Part shown: positions 1 to 9,249 of the stretch, in pieces
How the letters are laid out: each line of letters opens with the position of its first letter
How positions within the stretch are numbered: the stretch's first letter is position 1
Assembly: GCA_963776065.1 (NCBI GenBank)
Contig: CAVZLJ010000008.1
Location: 11,457-75,456, forward strand
Length of the DNA stretch: 64,000 bases
DNA from: an uncultured Verrucomicrobiae bacterium
GTDB taxonomy: Bacteria > Verrucomicrobiota > Verrucomicrobiia > Chthoniobacterales > UBA10450
Reading direction: 5' to 3'
Notes under the pieces: generated by a model
The model's database searches: none
Seen by the model: the letters and a program-made list of their open reading frames with translations, nothing else
What the model was told of the DNA's origin: nothing
Position numbers and translations under genes: made by a program

Positions 1-1749
1 CGGGCGGGTGTGGTGGAATCGCTCGCCAAAGCGGGACAACTCAACGTCGTCGTCGCGACGATGGGACTTGCCGCCGGGATCAATTTTTCGATGCGCTCGG
101 TGATCGTGACCGATCGACGTTATTTCGCCGGCAATTTCGAGCGCCAGGTCGAAGCGGACGAGCTTCTCCAGATGTTTGGTCGCGCCGGCCGCCGTGGTCT
201 CGATGAAGTCGGTCACGCGCTTTACACGAACGATCTGCCGCGGTTGAGCGACACAAAAGCGCGCCAGCTGAGACGCGCAGCCCAGGTAGATTGGCCCAGT
301 CTGATAAGCGTGATGCATGCGGCCAAACAGCGCGGCGAACAACCGTTCGCGGCGGCGGTGCAACTGACCCAGTCATTGTTCAGCGTGCAACGCGTGCCGC
401 TCGGCGTCGAACACTCACTCGAAAGCGGGCCGCGGCCGTGTGGACTTTGGGTGACCGATGAGCGCGCGCGGTTCGTCCGGCGCGGAATGATCGAGATGCT
501 GAACTTTCTCGAAGAATGGGAAGCGAAACCGGCGGCAGAAAGTGTGACGCTCGGTCGCGCTTTTGTGCGCGAAAACGATCGGTGGCGACGGGCGCTGACC
601 GTGCCGCGTATGCTCGATGGAGTCGGCACGGGAAATCTCTGCCGGCTGCGCGAGCAGAACCATTACGGCCGCGAGTTGCCGGTCGCGACGGTGCTCGCTT
701 CGGGAGAGGTGGCATTGGTGAAATGGCTGAAGAAAGCCGTAGAAAACGCCGAACGGTGCGAGCCGCACGGGCAGCTGACGTCCAACCCCGAAAAACTCTC
801 GCGGCGGCGCGCCGAACGCCCAATGAAAGATTTGGCTGCGCGGCGCGGAACTTTTACCCATGAACAATTTGAGACTGAGATCCGGCCGCAGCTCGTTGAA
901 CTGGTGAAGCCGGGCACGATCGTGGATTGGATCATGCGCGGAAATCTGCTCTCGGTCCGGATCGATTACGCCAATGTGCCGGTCAACGCTCACATCGATT
1001 CGGCTGGCAACGCGTTGATCGATCCGCCGGAGCGCGAGAATCTGCCGGACGTTTGTCGAACGTGCGATCAATTGGAGCACGATAAAACCGTCGCGATCGT
1101 GAACTCGCCAACGTACGCGTGGCGACATCTTGGACTGGTTGAACCCGACGGCACACCGACGAGGCGGGGAATGATCTTCTCATTTTTCCACGGCGGCGAA
1201 GGTCTGGCGGTGGCGGTCGCGCTCGAAGACGAAACGTATCCGATCGACGAATTGGTTTTCGATCTGGCCAATATTCGCGCCGGTCCGCGCTTCGCCGGCG
1301 AGGACGCGCCGATGGGCGGTCGGCTCGGCATTTTGTGTCAGCGAGTCTACCGCCGGGCCGATTATCCGGGTTACCTCACCATGGGCGTGCCGGTGCAATA
1401 CGGCGCCGGTGCATCGGAAGTGGTGCGCGCGCTGGTGGCTGATCCGCGCTCCAAGCACAAGCTCACCAACGAACTGTTGCGTCACGGCGATATCGAACGC
1501 GCGCTGGTGGAGTGGCGCAGCATACTTCGCCACATCGTCCTTGCGCCCGCCTATCCGTTGTCGCGATGGACGGAACTGAAAGCAGCGGCCGAAGAGCTTA
1601 TCGATAAAACGGCTTCGCCCACATCTGCTGTCGATCTTGCGACATTGGTTCCGTTGCAGCAGCGGGCTGGAGGAAGTGACGCGTCTTCATCCCGCAGTCG
1701 CGGGACTACGGCGTCCGGAATTGAAAATGAATCGCGTCTGTCATCTTGA
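1..1749 (+). CDS. Superfamily-2 (DEAD/DEAH-type) helicase, C-terminal part; the 5' end lies upstream of the window
   Basis: Frame is open from base 1. Helicase C-domain motifs VATMGLAAGINF and QMFGRAGRRG lie at the start of the visible part, followed by about 480 aa I cannot assign. Confidence 0.8.
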   Translation, partial: RAGVVESLAKAGQLNVVVATMGLAAGINFSMRSVIVTDRRYFAGNFERQVEADELLQMFGRAGRRGLDEVGHALYTNDLPRLSDTKARQLRRAAQVDWPSLISVMHAAKQRGEQPFAAAVQLTQSLFSVQRVPLGVEHSLESGPRPCGLWVTDERARFVRRGMIEMLNFLEEWEAKPAAESVTLGRAFVRENDRWRRALTVPRMLDGVGTGNLCRLREQNHYGRELPVATVLASGEVALVKWLKKAVENAERCEPHGQLTSNPEKLSRRRAERPMKDLAARRGTFTHEQFETEIRPQLVELVKPGTIVDWIMRGNLLSVRIDYANVPVNAHIDSAGNALIDPPERENLPDVCRTCDQLEHDKTVAIVNSPTYAWRHLGLVEPDGTPTRRGMIFSFFHGGEGLAVAVALEDETYPIDELVFDLANIRAGPRFAGEDAPMGGRLGILCQRVYRRADYPGYLTMGVPVQYGAGASEVVRALVADPRSKHKLTNELLRHGDIERALVEWRSILRHIVLAPAYPLSRWTELKAAAEELIDKTASPTSAVDLATLVPLQQRAGGSDASSSRSRGTTASGIENESRLSS

Positions 1750-1764
1750 CGGCTTAAAGCCGTC
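1748..1764 (+). terminator. Hairpin overlapping the helicase stop codon (gacggct-taa-agccgtc)
   Basis: Perfect 7-bp stem with a 3-nt loop starting inside the TGA at 1747-1749. No U-tract follows, so this is weak as an intrinsic terminator. Confidence 0.3.
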
Positions 1765-1788
1765 GAGTTCTAACGTCTCCCGTTTATG

Positions 1789-1809
1789 TATCGTAAGCGC
1801 CTTACGATA
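1789..1809. repeat. Repeat family D hairpin (tatcgtaag-cgc-cttacgata)
   Basis: Perfect 9-bp stem with a 3-nt loop. Related copies lie at 4345-4363 and 6268-6290. Confidence 0.55.
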
Positions 1810-1838
1810 AAAGACTCTCGAACGCGACTGAGCTAGTG

Positions 1839-2048
1839 TTAAGGGATTTCTGTTCCCATTGGAGCCTGTCCGGAAGTAAGGAAGGTCTTCACCAATTCGC
1901 CTTCACCACAAACAGTCATTCCAGAAAAACGTTTGAACCACTTGCCATCCGGAACCTCCGGTTCGGTGTCGAGCCAGTCGGCGAGCGCGCCAAGGTGATC
2001 CGAAGAAATCTCGCGCCTCTTGATTCGATCCAATAAATGATTGAGCAA
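1839..2048 (-). CDS. Small hypothetical protein (69 aa)
   Basis: ORF MLNHLLDRIKRREISS...WFKRFSGMTVCGEGELVKTFL lies 33 nt downstream of another small ORF on the same strand. I do not recognise a family. Confidence 0.45.
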   Translation of the reverse strand: MLNHLLDRIKRREISSDHLGALADWLDTEPEVPDGKWFKRFSGMTVCGEGELVKTFLTSGQAPMGTEIP

Positions 2049-2081
2049 CGCCGGCGGAAGGCTACCATTCGCCGCCGAATC

Positions 2082-2303
2082 TTAGGCATTTTCGCGCTGG
2101 CCGTAGAAGCCGCGGCCGATCGATTCGCGGATCCTCGCTTCTTCTGCCGGATCAGTGGCGTTGACCATGCATTCTGCAAGGCTCGACAGTTCTTTCCCCG
2201 TCAATCTCCGCTCGGCGTCGAGCTGATAAGCAAAACGAATGACGTCCAATTGTTCCTTCGGCTCGAGCCGCTTGATTTCTTCGATGATCTTGCTCGCTGT
2301 CAT
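2082..2303 (-). CDS. Small hypothetical protein (73 aa), addiction-module-antitoxin-like N-terminus
   Basis: MTASKIIEEIKRLEPKEQLDVIRFAYQL... In the ORF track it appears fused to the 704-aa ORF only because the ABC-F frame runs on past its real stop. ATG at 2303 (alternative ATG at 2324). Confidence 0.45.
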   Translation of the reverse strand: MTASKIIEEIKRLEPKEQLDVIRFAYQLDAERRLTGKELSSLAECMVNATDPAEEARIRESIGRGFYGQRENA

Positions 2304-2386
2304 CTCGCGTCCGAATTCTAACATCGGACTCGTCGAAAATCTGCGCCTATTTCCGCAGGCGTCCCAGATCTTCGAGAGGCGATCGT

Positions 2387-4284
2387 TTAGGAAGCCGGGA
2401 CGCTCTGCAGGAGCTCGAGTTCGTGCCACCGCGCGTAGAGGTGCGCGACTTTGTCGCGTGCCGTTTTCAATTGCGTCTCCAACTCGAAAATCTCCGAGCG
2501 CGGTTTCGCATAAAAATCCGGCGCGGCAAACGTGGCCTCCAAATCCGACACTTCGTTTTCCGCAGACGAGAATATTCGCTTCCATCGATTCCCATTCGCG
2601 CTCTTCTTTCCACTTAAGTTTCCGCGGTTTGTCTTTGCTTTTCCTTTGCTCGGCGCCGGCTTCGGCCGGCGCGGGGTATGAATCGCGAACCGGGCCGGGT
2701 GCGCCTCGTTTTTCCAGGTAGTAATCGTAGTTCCCGACGCTGTAGGCCACGCGACCTTCGCCTTCGAAAGCGAGAATCGAGGTACAAACGCGATTCAGGA
2801 AATAGCGATCGTGACTGACCACGATGACGCAGCCGCCGAAGGCGACGAGCGCTTCCTCGAGCAAGCGCAACGTTCCGAGATCGAGATCGTTCGTCGGTTC
2901 GTCGAGCATCAGAACGTTGCCGCCGCGCTTCAGGATTTTAGCGAGCAGCACCCGGCTCCGTTCGCCGCCGCTGAGCTGCGAGATCTTCGTGTTGATGCGG
3001 TCTTCGCTGAAAAGAAATCGCCGCAGATAAGCGCGCAAGGTGATGCTCTGCTCGCCGAGCGTGACGTGTTCTCCGCCGCTCCCGACTTCTTCCCAAACCG
3101 TTTTCGCATCGTCGAGGAGGAGCCGATTTTGATCGACGTAATTGATCTGGGTCCGCGCGCCGATCTCCACTGCACCGCTCGCGGCGGGCAGTTCCTGCAG
3201 AATGACTTTGAGCAGCGAAGATTTGCCGAGTCCGTTGCGGCCGACCACACCGAGGCGTTCTCCGGCTGCGAGATTGAGATTCACGTGCTGAAAGAGTGTG
3301 CGGCCGCCCAATTCCACGCTCACGTCGCGCAATTCGATGATGCGATTCGCGAGCTTCGGCGGCGTGGGGATAATCAACTCGACGTCGAGCTCCGCCTCCG
3401 GTGCTTCCTGCGCAGCCATCTCGAAATAACGTTCCACGCGGTCCACCGATTTCGTCCGGCGCGCGCGTGGCGCTTTTCTCACCCATTGCAGTTCCCGTTT
3501 CAAAAACTTCTGCCGTTGATGTTCCTGCGCCTCTTCGACCGCTTGTCGTTGCGCGCGCGCGAGCAGGTAATCGGTGTAGTTGCCGTCGTAGCTGATGAAC
3601 TGGCCGCGCGACAGCTCGACGATCCGCGTCGCCACGCGATCGAGAAAATAGCGATCGTGCGTGACGAACAAACAGGTGCCGGCATAACGCGCGAGAAAAT
3701 CCTCCAGCCATTCGATCGAGCCGGTGTCGAGATGGTTGGTCGGTTCGTCGAGAATCAGAAAATCAGGACGCGCGAGAAGCGCCCGGCAAAGCGCGACGCG
3801 GCGTTTTTCTCCGCCGGAAAGCGTGCCTACGACGCGATCGGATTCCGGCGCGTGCAGATTCGTGATGAGCGACTTGATTCGATGTTCCAAATTCCAACCG
3901 TCGGCCTGAACAATTTGGTCCAGGAGCGTGGCGCTGAGCGGGCTGTCGCCCGGGACGACGTTCGTATTCGGCGATGAGGTCGAGAATCCGCTGCGCGCCG
4001 CTGAGAATGTTCGCATGGACCGTGGCCGCATCGTCGAGGCCGGAAAGTTGTGGCATGTAGCCGGTGACGAGATCACGCCGGCGGGTGAATTCACCTGAAT
4101 CGGCTTGCGCCACGCCCGCGGCGATCTGGAGGAAGGTCGATTTGCCCGAGCCGTTGCGGCCGACAAGCCCAATGTGTTCGCCTTCGGTGAAGGCAATGGT
4201 CGCGCCGTCGAGGACGACCTGGGTGCCGTACTTGACGGAAAGGTTGTTCGCGCTCGCGATCACTGCGGTCGACGTTTCTGCCAT
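2387..4284 (-). pseudogene. ABC-F family ATPase (Uup-like, two ABC domains plus C-terminal coiled coil), interrupted by two +1 frameshifts
   Basis: The N-terminus (Walker A GRNGSGKST) is in ORF 3763-4284. The middle part (LSGGEKRR, second Walker A GRNGLGKSS, LSGGERSR) is in ORF 2082-4196. The C-terminus SAENEVSDLEATFAAPDFYAKPRSEIFELETQLKTARDKVAHLYARWHELELLQSVPAS-stop is readable only in the third frame and ends at TAA 2387-2389. The shifts are near 3950-3970 and 2567. Confidence 0.85.
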
Positions 4285-4344
4285 AGGAAAGTCGAACGTC
4301 GAACGCCCAACGCCGGACGTCCAATCGAAGAGCTTCTTTAATCC

Positions 4345-4363
4345 ATCGTAAGCGGGTTACGAT
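4345..4363. repeat. Repeat family D hairpin (atcgtaa-gcggg-ttacgat)
   Basis: 7-bp stem with the same ATCGTAAGCG...TTACGAT core as 1789-1809 and 6268-6290. Confidence 0.5.
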
Positions 4364-4438
4364 AGAGCAACAAAGCGAGGATTCGCGTGACTGATCTTAC
4401 ACTTGCCCGTTTTCCGGCGTCAGCGCCGCCGGCTACAG

Positions 4439-6181
4439 CTACTCCATATCCGGGTAAGGGCCTTTGCCGTCTTCGGCGATGAAACGGTCGATCCGCGCCG
4501 TGACAACGGGCAGCGGTACCGAGCCGAGCTCGAGCACGGCATCGTGGAAAGCGCGGATGTTGAATTTCGCTCCGAGCGTCTTCTCCGCCTTTTCGCGTGC
4601 ACGCACGATCGCAAGCTCGCCCATATAATAGGAGAGAGCTTGTCCGGGCCAGGCGATGTAACGGTCCACCTCGGTTTCGATCTCATGCTCGGGTAGCGCG
4701 GTGTAATCGTGCATGTACTTGAGCGCCTGTTCGCGTGTCCAACCTTTGGAATGAACGCCGGTGTCCACCACCAGTCGCGTAGCGCGCCAGATTTGATAAC
4801 CCAGCATCCCAAAGCGCTCGTATGGCGTCTCGTACATCCCCATTTCCTGGCCCAGCTTTTCACAATAAAGCGCCCAACCTTCACCGTACGCGGAAATGTA
4901 GTCGAATCTCCGAAAGTCCGGCTGGTTCTTGTGCTCCAGCGCGATCGGAATCTGAAATGCATGTCCGGGCGCGGACTCGTGCAAGGTCAGCGCGGGCAGA
5001 TTGTAGAGCGGGCGATGCGGCAGATCGTACGTGTTCAGGAGATAAATGCCCGGACCGCCACGGCCTGAAGTATAAAACGGCGCGAGATCGGGCGGGACCG
5101 GTTTGATAGTGAAACGCATGCGCGGCAGATAGCCAAAGTATTGCGACGATTTGCCGTCGAACACTTTCGCAATCCAGGCGGCACGGTTGAGCAGCTCCTG
5201 CGGTGTTTTGGCGTAGAACTGCGGATCGTCACGGAGGAACTTCAGGAATGCGGGAAACTCGCCCTTGAACCCGGATTCGCGCATCGCATCGACCATCTGC
5301 TGATGTAATTTCGCAACCTCCGCGAGGCCGACCTGGTGAATTTCTTCGGGCGAGAGATCGAGGGTGGTAAACTCGCGAATTTTCTGGCGATAGTATGTTT
5401 TCCCGTCCGGCAGCGCTTCGGCCGCAAGCGTCGTGCGAGTGTGCGGCACATATTCGTCGCGGAAGAATTTGAGCAGGTCCGCATAAGCCGGCTGCACTAT
5501 CTCACGAATCACCTGTGCGGCCTCCGATTTGAGCTTGTCCTGGTCGGACCGCTGAACGTCGACCATCGGTTCCCGGAATGGCGTGTAGAGCAGATTATCT
5601 TCGGGTTTACCCTCCGCAATGGTGGCGATGGATTTCTCGCGTCCCTGCAAAGTGAGGCGTGGCGGCGTGAAGCCGCGTGCAAGCCCCGCCCGCATGTTCG
5701 CGATTTGTTCGTGGAAATAGCGCGGGATATCGCGCATCTGCGCGATCCAGTTTTTGTAATCCGTCAGCGTCTTGAAAGGTCGCCGCGCCGTGTAGCCAAA
5801 ATCGGTCCAGAAAGCAGAATCCGAGTTTGCCGGCATTTCGTGGTCACGGAATTTCTGATCGGCGACGAAATTCTCGATTTCAGGCCGATAAACATCGTAG
5901 TTGATCTGCTCCTCCGGTGAGAGCTGCGCGCGCGGAACGTCATCGAGCTTGTGCAGCACATCCTGCCAGTAACGTAGCCGCATTTCCTGTGTCGCCGGAT
6001 CTACGCTCGGCAGACGATCGGGAACCGGTTTTTCGACGCCTTCCAGCCCGGGAAACTGCTCCAGCCGCCATTTCCATTCTTCTGTGTAGATAGATCGCAG
6101 CCGCTCATCTGCGCTTTGCGCCTTGGCGAAACACGGGACGCACCACAGCGCTGCAGCACCAAACAAAACGGCCGTCTTCAT
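4439..6181 (-). CDS. DUF885 family secreted protein (metallopeptidase-like)
   Basis: 580-aa ORF with the signal peptide MKTAVLFGAAALWCVPCFAKA, an HESAPGH motif and the overall DUF885 pattern. Confidence 0.8.
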   Translation of the reverse strand: MKTAVLFGAAALWCVPCFAKAQSADERLRSIYTEEWKWRLEQFPGLEGVEKPVPDRLPSVDPATQEMRLRYWQDVLHKLDDVPRAQLSPEEQINYDVYRPEIENFVADQKFRDHEMPANSDSAFWTDFGYTARRPFKTLTDYKNWIAQMRDIPRYFHEQIANMRAGLARGFTPPRLTLQGREKSIATIAEGKPEDNLLYTPFREPMVDVQRSDQDKLKSEAAQVIREIVQPAYADLLKFFRDEYVPHTRTTLAAEALPDGKTYYRQKIREFTTLDLSPEEIHQVGLAEVAKLHQQMVDAMRESGFKGEFPAFLKFLRDDPQFYAKTPQELLNRAAWIAKVFDGKSSQYFGYLPRMRFTIKPVPPDLAPFYTSGRGGPGIYLLNTYDLPHRPLYNLPALTLHESAPGHAFQIPIALEHKNQPDFRRFDYISAYGEGWALYCEKLGQEMGMYETPYERFGMLGYQIWRATRLVVDTGVHSKGWTREQALKYMHDYTALPEHEIETEVDRYIAWPGQALSYYMGELAIVRAREKAEKTLGAKFNIRAFHDAVLELGSVPLPVVTARIDRFIAEDGKGPYPDME

Positions 6182-6267
6182 ATAAGTCCTTGTTTAACGA
6201 ATCCTCGACTGGCTTACAATCGATGAGTTGGAAAACGGAAAGCTCAGCATTAGCAATTGTCAGGCAT

Positions 6268-6290
6268 GCATCATAAGCGGCTTACGATGC
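6268..6290. repeat. Repeat family D hairpin (gcatcataag-cgg-cttacgatgc)
   Basis: 10-bp stem with one mismatch, located in the divergent promoter region between 6181 and 6422. Confidence 0.5.
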
Positions 6291-6421
6291 GTGCATTTTG
6301 ATTCCTCTGCAAAAGTCATCGGGCACTACGTGGCGGAGCGTGAGGAAGGCAGCAGGAACAAAGGAAGAATTAGGAAGTAAGAATTAAGCGGCGGAATTGG
6401 GAAGGGCCAAGACTTTCCACT

Positions 6422-7957
6422 ATGTCCATCTTGTCAACAACGCAGCTCGTTATCTTGTGCATGCTGTTGTTGAATTGCTTGAGAATGCGCGCGGTGCGTT
6501 ATTTTTGTTCCGTCGGTCTAATGGTTCTTGCAGGTCTGCTCTGCTTTTTTGCCTTGGACGGTTGCGCACACCGTCAAGGTTCTTCCAAGTTGAAGCCATG
6601 CCGACTGCTGGGAATCGGTGAGGAATTGCTCTGTGGCAAACTCACGGTTTTTGAAAATCGGCAAACGCGCACCGGTCGAACGATCGACCTCAACGTTGTG
6701 GTTCTCCCGGCGTTTGATCAGAAAACCAAAACGGAACCGATATTTGATCTTGCCGGAGGGCCAGGCGTCGCTTCAACCAGCGCGGCAGGGTTCTATGCGA
6801 CCGACGGCAAAGAATACCGTCGCAAACACGACATCGTGCTGGTCGATCAACGTGGAACAGGAAAATCGAATCCGTTGATGGCGGAGCCGATAAAGAAAAC
6901 GCCCCAGGATTATCTGAGCGAGATGTATCCAGTGGACTACGTGAAGAATTTGCGGCGAACGCTGGAACAGCACGCCGATCTCACCCAATACACGACGTCA
7001 ATTGCGATGGATGACCTCGATGATGTGCGAAGCTGGCTCGGATACGATCGCATCGATCTGTTCGGATTGTCTTACGGATCGCGTGCTGTGCTTGTTTACA
7101 TGCGTCAACATCCGGACCGAGTCCATGCCGCAACGATCGCGGGAGTGGCGCCGACGTATCTGAAGATGCCGTTGCATCACTCGGAGGGCGCAGCGCGCGC
7201 CATGGACCTCTTGCTTCAGGCGTGTGAGCAGGACACGCAATGTCATCAAGCGTTCCCGCAAATCCAGGACGAGTGGACGACGGTGCTGGCCCAATTAGGT
7301 CGCCAGCCCGCGCGAGTGCAGTATTCCCCGCCGGATAAAAGCGGGCCGGTGACGGTGGAAATTGGACGCGACATTTTCGCGGAAAAAATTCGCAACTGGA
7401 TGTACGGCCGCGATAAGGCAAGCCGAATCCCCCTGATCGTTCATCAGGCGGCCCAAGGCGATTTCGCGCCCTTTCTCCGTGAAGCGATTTTGCCGTCTCC
7501 CACAGATTTCATCGCGGACGGGATGTACCTCTCGGTTACGTGTGCTGAAGACACGCCGTTCATTGACCAGGAAGAAGCGAAGAAGCTCAACGCGGGAAAT
7601 CCATTCGGCAATTACCGGGTATTTCAACAAACCCGGGCCTGTAGCATGTGGCCGCAAGGTAGAATATCGGCCAATTTTCTCGAGCCTGTGTCTTCCAAAG
7701 TCCCTGTGCTCATTTTGTCTGGCAACTTCGACCCGGTGACGCCGCCGAAGTACGGCGAAGAAGTTGCAAGGTCTTTACCGAACAGCAGACGCGTAGTCAT
7801 CCCGCAGGCCGGCCATATCCCTGATGGGTTAACTGATCCCGGATGTCCGGATCGGATCATCCTGGAGTTCATGGACAAAGGAAATGCCAGGGATCTCGAC
7901 ACGAGTTGCGTCGAAAGAATGGCCGCGCCGCCGTTCACCACTAGCGCGACGAAGTGA
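6422..7957 (+). CDS. Alpha/beta hydrolase (S33 tripeptidyl/prolyl aminopeptidase-like), secreted or lipoprotein
   Basis: GGPGVAS oxyanion region, VDQRGTGKS and the nucleophile elbow GLSYGS. The N-terminus is hydrophobic; the start may be the internal ATG at 6485. Confidence 0.8.
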   Translation: MSILSTTQLVILCMLLLNCLRMRAVRYFCSVGLMVLAGLLCFFALDGCAHRQGSSKLKPCRLLGIGEELLCGKLTVFENRQTRTGRTIDLNVVVLPAFDQKTKTEPIFDLAGGPGVASTSAAGFYATDGKEYRRKHDIVLVDQRGTGKSNPLMAEPIKKTPQDYLSEMYPVDYVKNLRRTLEQHADLTQYTTSIAMDDLDDVRSWLGYDRIDLFGLSYGSRAVLVYMRQHPDRVHAATIAGVAPTYLKMPLHHSEGAARAMDLLLQACEQDTQCHQAFPQIQDEWTTVLAQLGRQPARVQYSPPDKSGPVTVEIGRDIFAEKIRNWMYGRDKASRIPLIVHQAAQGDFAPFLREAILPSPTDFIADGMYLSVTCAEDTPFIDQEEAKKLNAGNPFGNYRVFQQTRACSMWPQGRISANFLEPVSSKVPVLILSGNFDPVTPPKYGEEVARSLPNSRRVVIPQAGHIPDGLTDPGCPDRIILEFMDKGNARDLDTSCVERMAAPPFTTSATK

Positions 7958-7977
7958 CTTTCGTCGAAGTAAGAAGG

Positions 7978-9243
7978 CTACTTTCGTGGCGCCAGGCGCT
8001 TGCCCGCCGCGGCGGGTGAACTCCGTGGAGCGATTCGGTGACGCAATTGGAGAAATGGTCGTTCGACTGAGAAAAAAAGGAGAGTAGCTGCGGCGTAAAC
8101 GCAAAGTTCCACGCCGAGAAGCGCGGGCACGGAAGTGAGATCAATGTTGTGATTTGTGCAAAACTGTTCGGCCCCGTTAATAACGAGTTTCTGAATCAGG
8201 TAAGCGCTATAGGCGATGCTGGCGATGAATGCGGCGCCGGGAATTGCAACTCGACAGAGTGGGAGCCGCGGACTGACCGCGCAAACAAGAAGCGCGGCCA
8301 TGCCCACGGCGATGAGTGGAAATTGCCAGACGCAGGCGGCGACGGTGAGGTTATCGGTTTCGCCCAGATACAATGCGTAAGCGATTAGCCCGAGCGCGGG
8401 CAGCCAAAGCCAGGGTGCGCAGTTCATGAGGCGTTGCCACCAGTTCGGTCGAAATTTCTCGATCGCGGCCAGCGCGACGCCGAACACGAGCGGATCGAGC
8501 CGGGTCCAGGTTGGATAATAGATCCACGCTTGAAAGCCGCGGAACGATACGCCGCCGCCATCAATTGATGGATTCTGTGCAGCCAGAAAAGCGCGTAAGC
8601 CGATGCCGCCAAAAACGATTAGGCATGGAATGATGATGGCCGCGCGCGGACGGCGATAGAGGAAGAGCAAAAGAAAAGGAAGCGCCAGATAGAATTGGTC
8701 CTCGACCGCGAGCGACCAGGCATGTGAGAAAGCGGTTCCGCCATGGAGCGCGATGTTTTGCACCGATAACAGAAATTTCCAGAGCGGCTGTGACATTTCG
8801 GAATATTCGCGCCACGACGGCAGCAAAAAATAAATCGCGAGGACGACGAAGTAAGCCGGCATGATTCGCAACGCGCGCCGGGTGAAGAACCGGCCGAGCT
8901 TGATGCGCTGATCGCGCGCAAGCGGCGCGAGCAATTGCCCGCCGATCAAGTAACCACTAAGGACAAAGAAAAGATCGACGCCGATCCAGCCGAAGCGGTC
9001 CACTCGCCCGGGCAATTTGAATCCGAAAAGCGCGGCGTGATACACCACCACCACGATGATGGCGAGTGCGCGAAGAAGATCGAGGCCGGGCTGGCGTTCG
9101 CGATTTTGAAAGCGCGGATCGATTGCTAGCTCATGATGGTGAGTCTTCGATCCGACTGGCGTTGCAGTCTCAGTTGCGGACTGATGAATGCGCGAAAATA
9201 GCAGAGACTCGCGTGCAGTCGAGGGGCTGAGAAAGATGCACAA
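7978..9243 (-). CDS. Acyltransferase family 3 (OafA-like) membrane protein
   Basis: LDLLRALAIIVVVVYH... followed by about 10 hydrophobic segments, typical of Acyl_transf_3. Confidence 0.8.
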   Translation of the reverse strand: MCIFLSPSTARESLLFSRIHQSATETATPVGSKTHHHELAIDPRFQNRERQPGLDLLRALAIIVVVVYHAALFGFKLPGRVDRFGWIGVDLFFVLSGYLIGGQLLAPLARDQRIKLGRFFTRRALRIMPAYFVVLAIYFLLPSWREYSEMSQPLWKFLLSVQNIALHGGTAFSHAWSLAVEDQFYLALPFLLLFLYRRPRAAIIIPCLIVFGGIGLRAFLAAQNPSIDGGGVSFRGFQAWIYYPTWTRLDPLVFGVALAAIEKFRPNWWQRLMNCAPWLWLPALGLIAYALYLGETDNLTVAACVWQFPLIAVGMAALLVCAVSPRLPLCRVAIPGAAFIASIAYSAYLIQKLVINGAEQFCTNHNIDLTSVPALLGVELCVYAAATLLFFSVERPFLQLRHRIAPRSSPAAAGKRLAPRK

Positions 9244-9249
9244 AAGGGG

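Noticed and set aside
2811-3977. 388-aa plus-strand ORF, along with similar long antisense ORFs at 54016-55155, 43757-44392, 60838-61401 and 29610-30215
   Set aside because: All lie opposite strongly supported genes (ABC-F, PBP1A, argS, fdnG, dnaB) and have low-complexity Arg/Ala-rich translations. They are GC-rich shadow ORFs.
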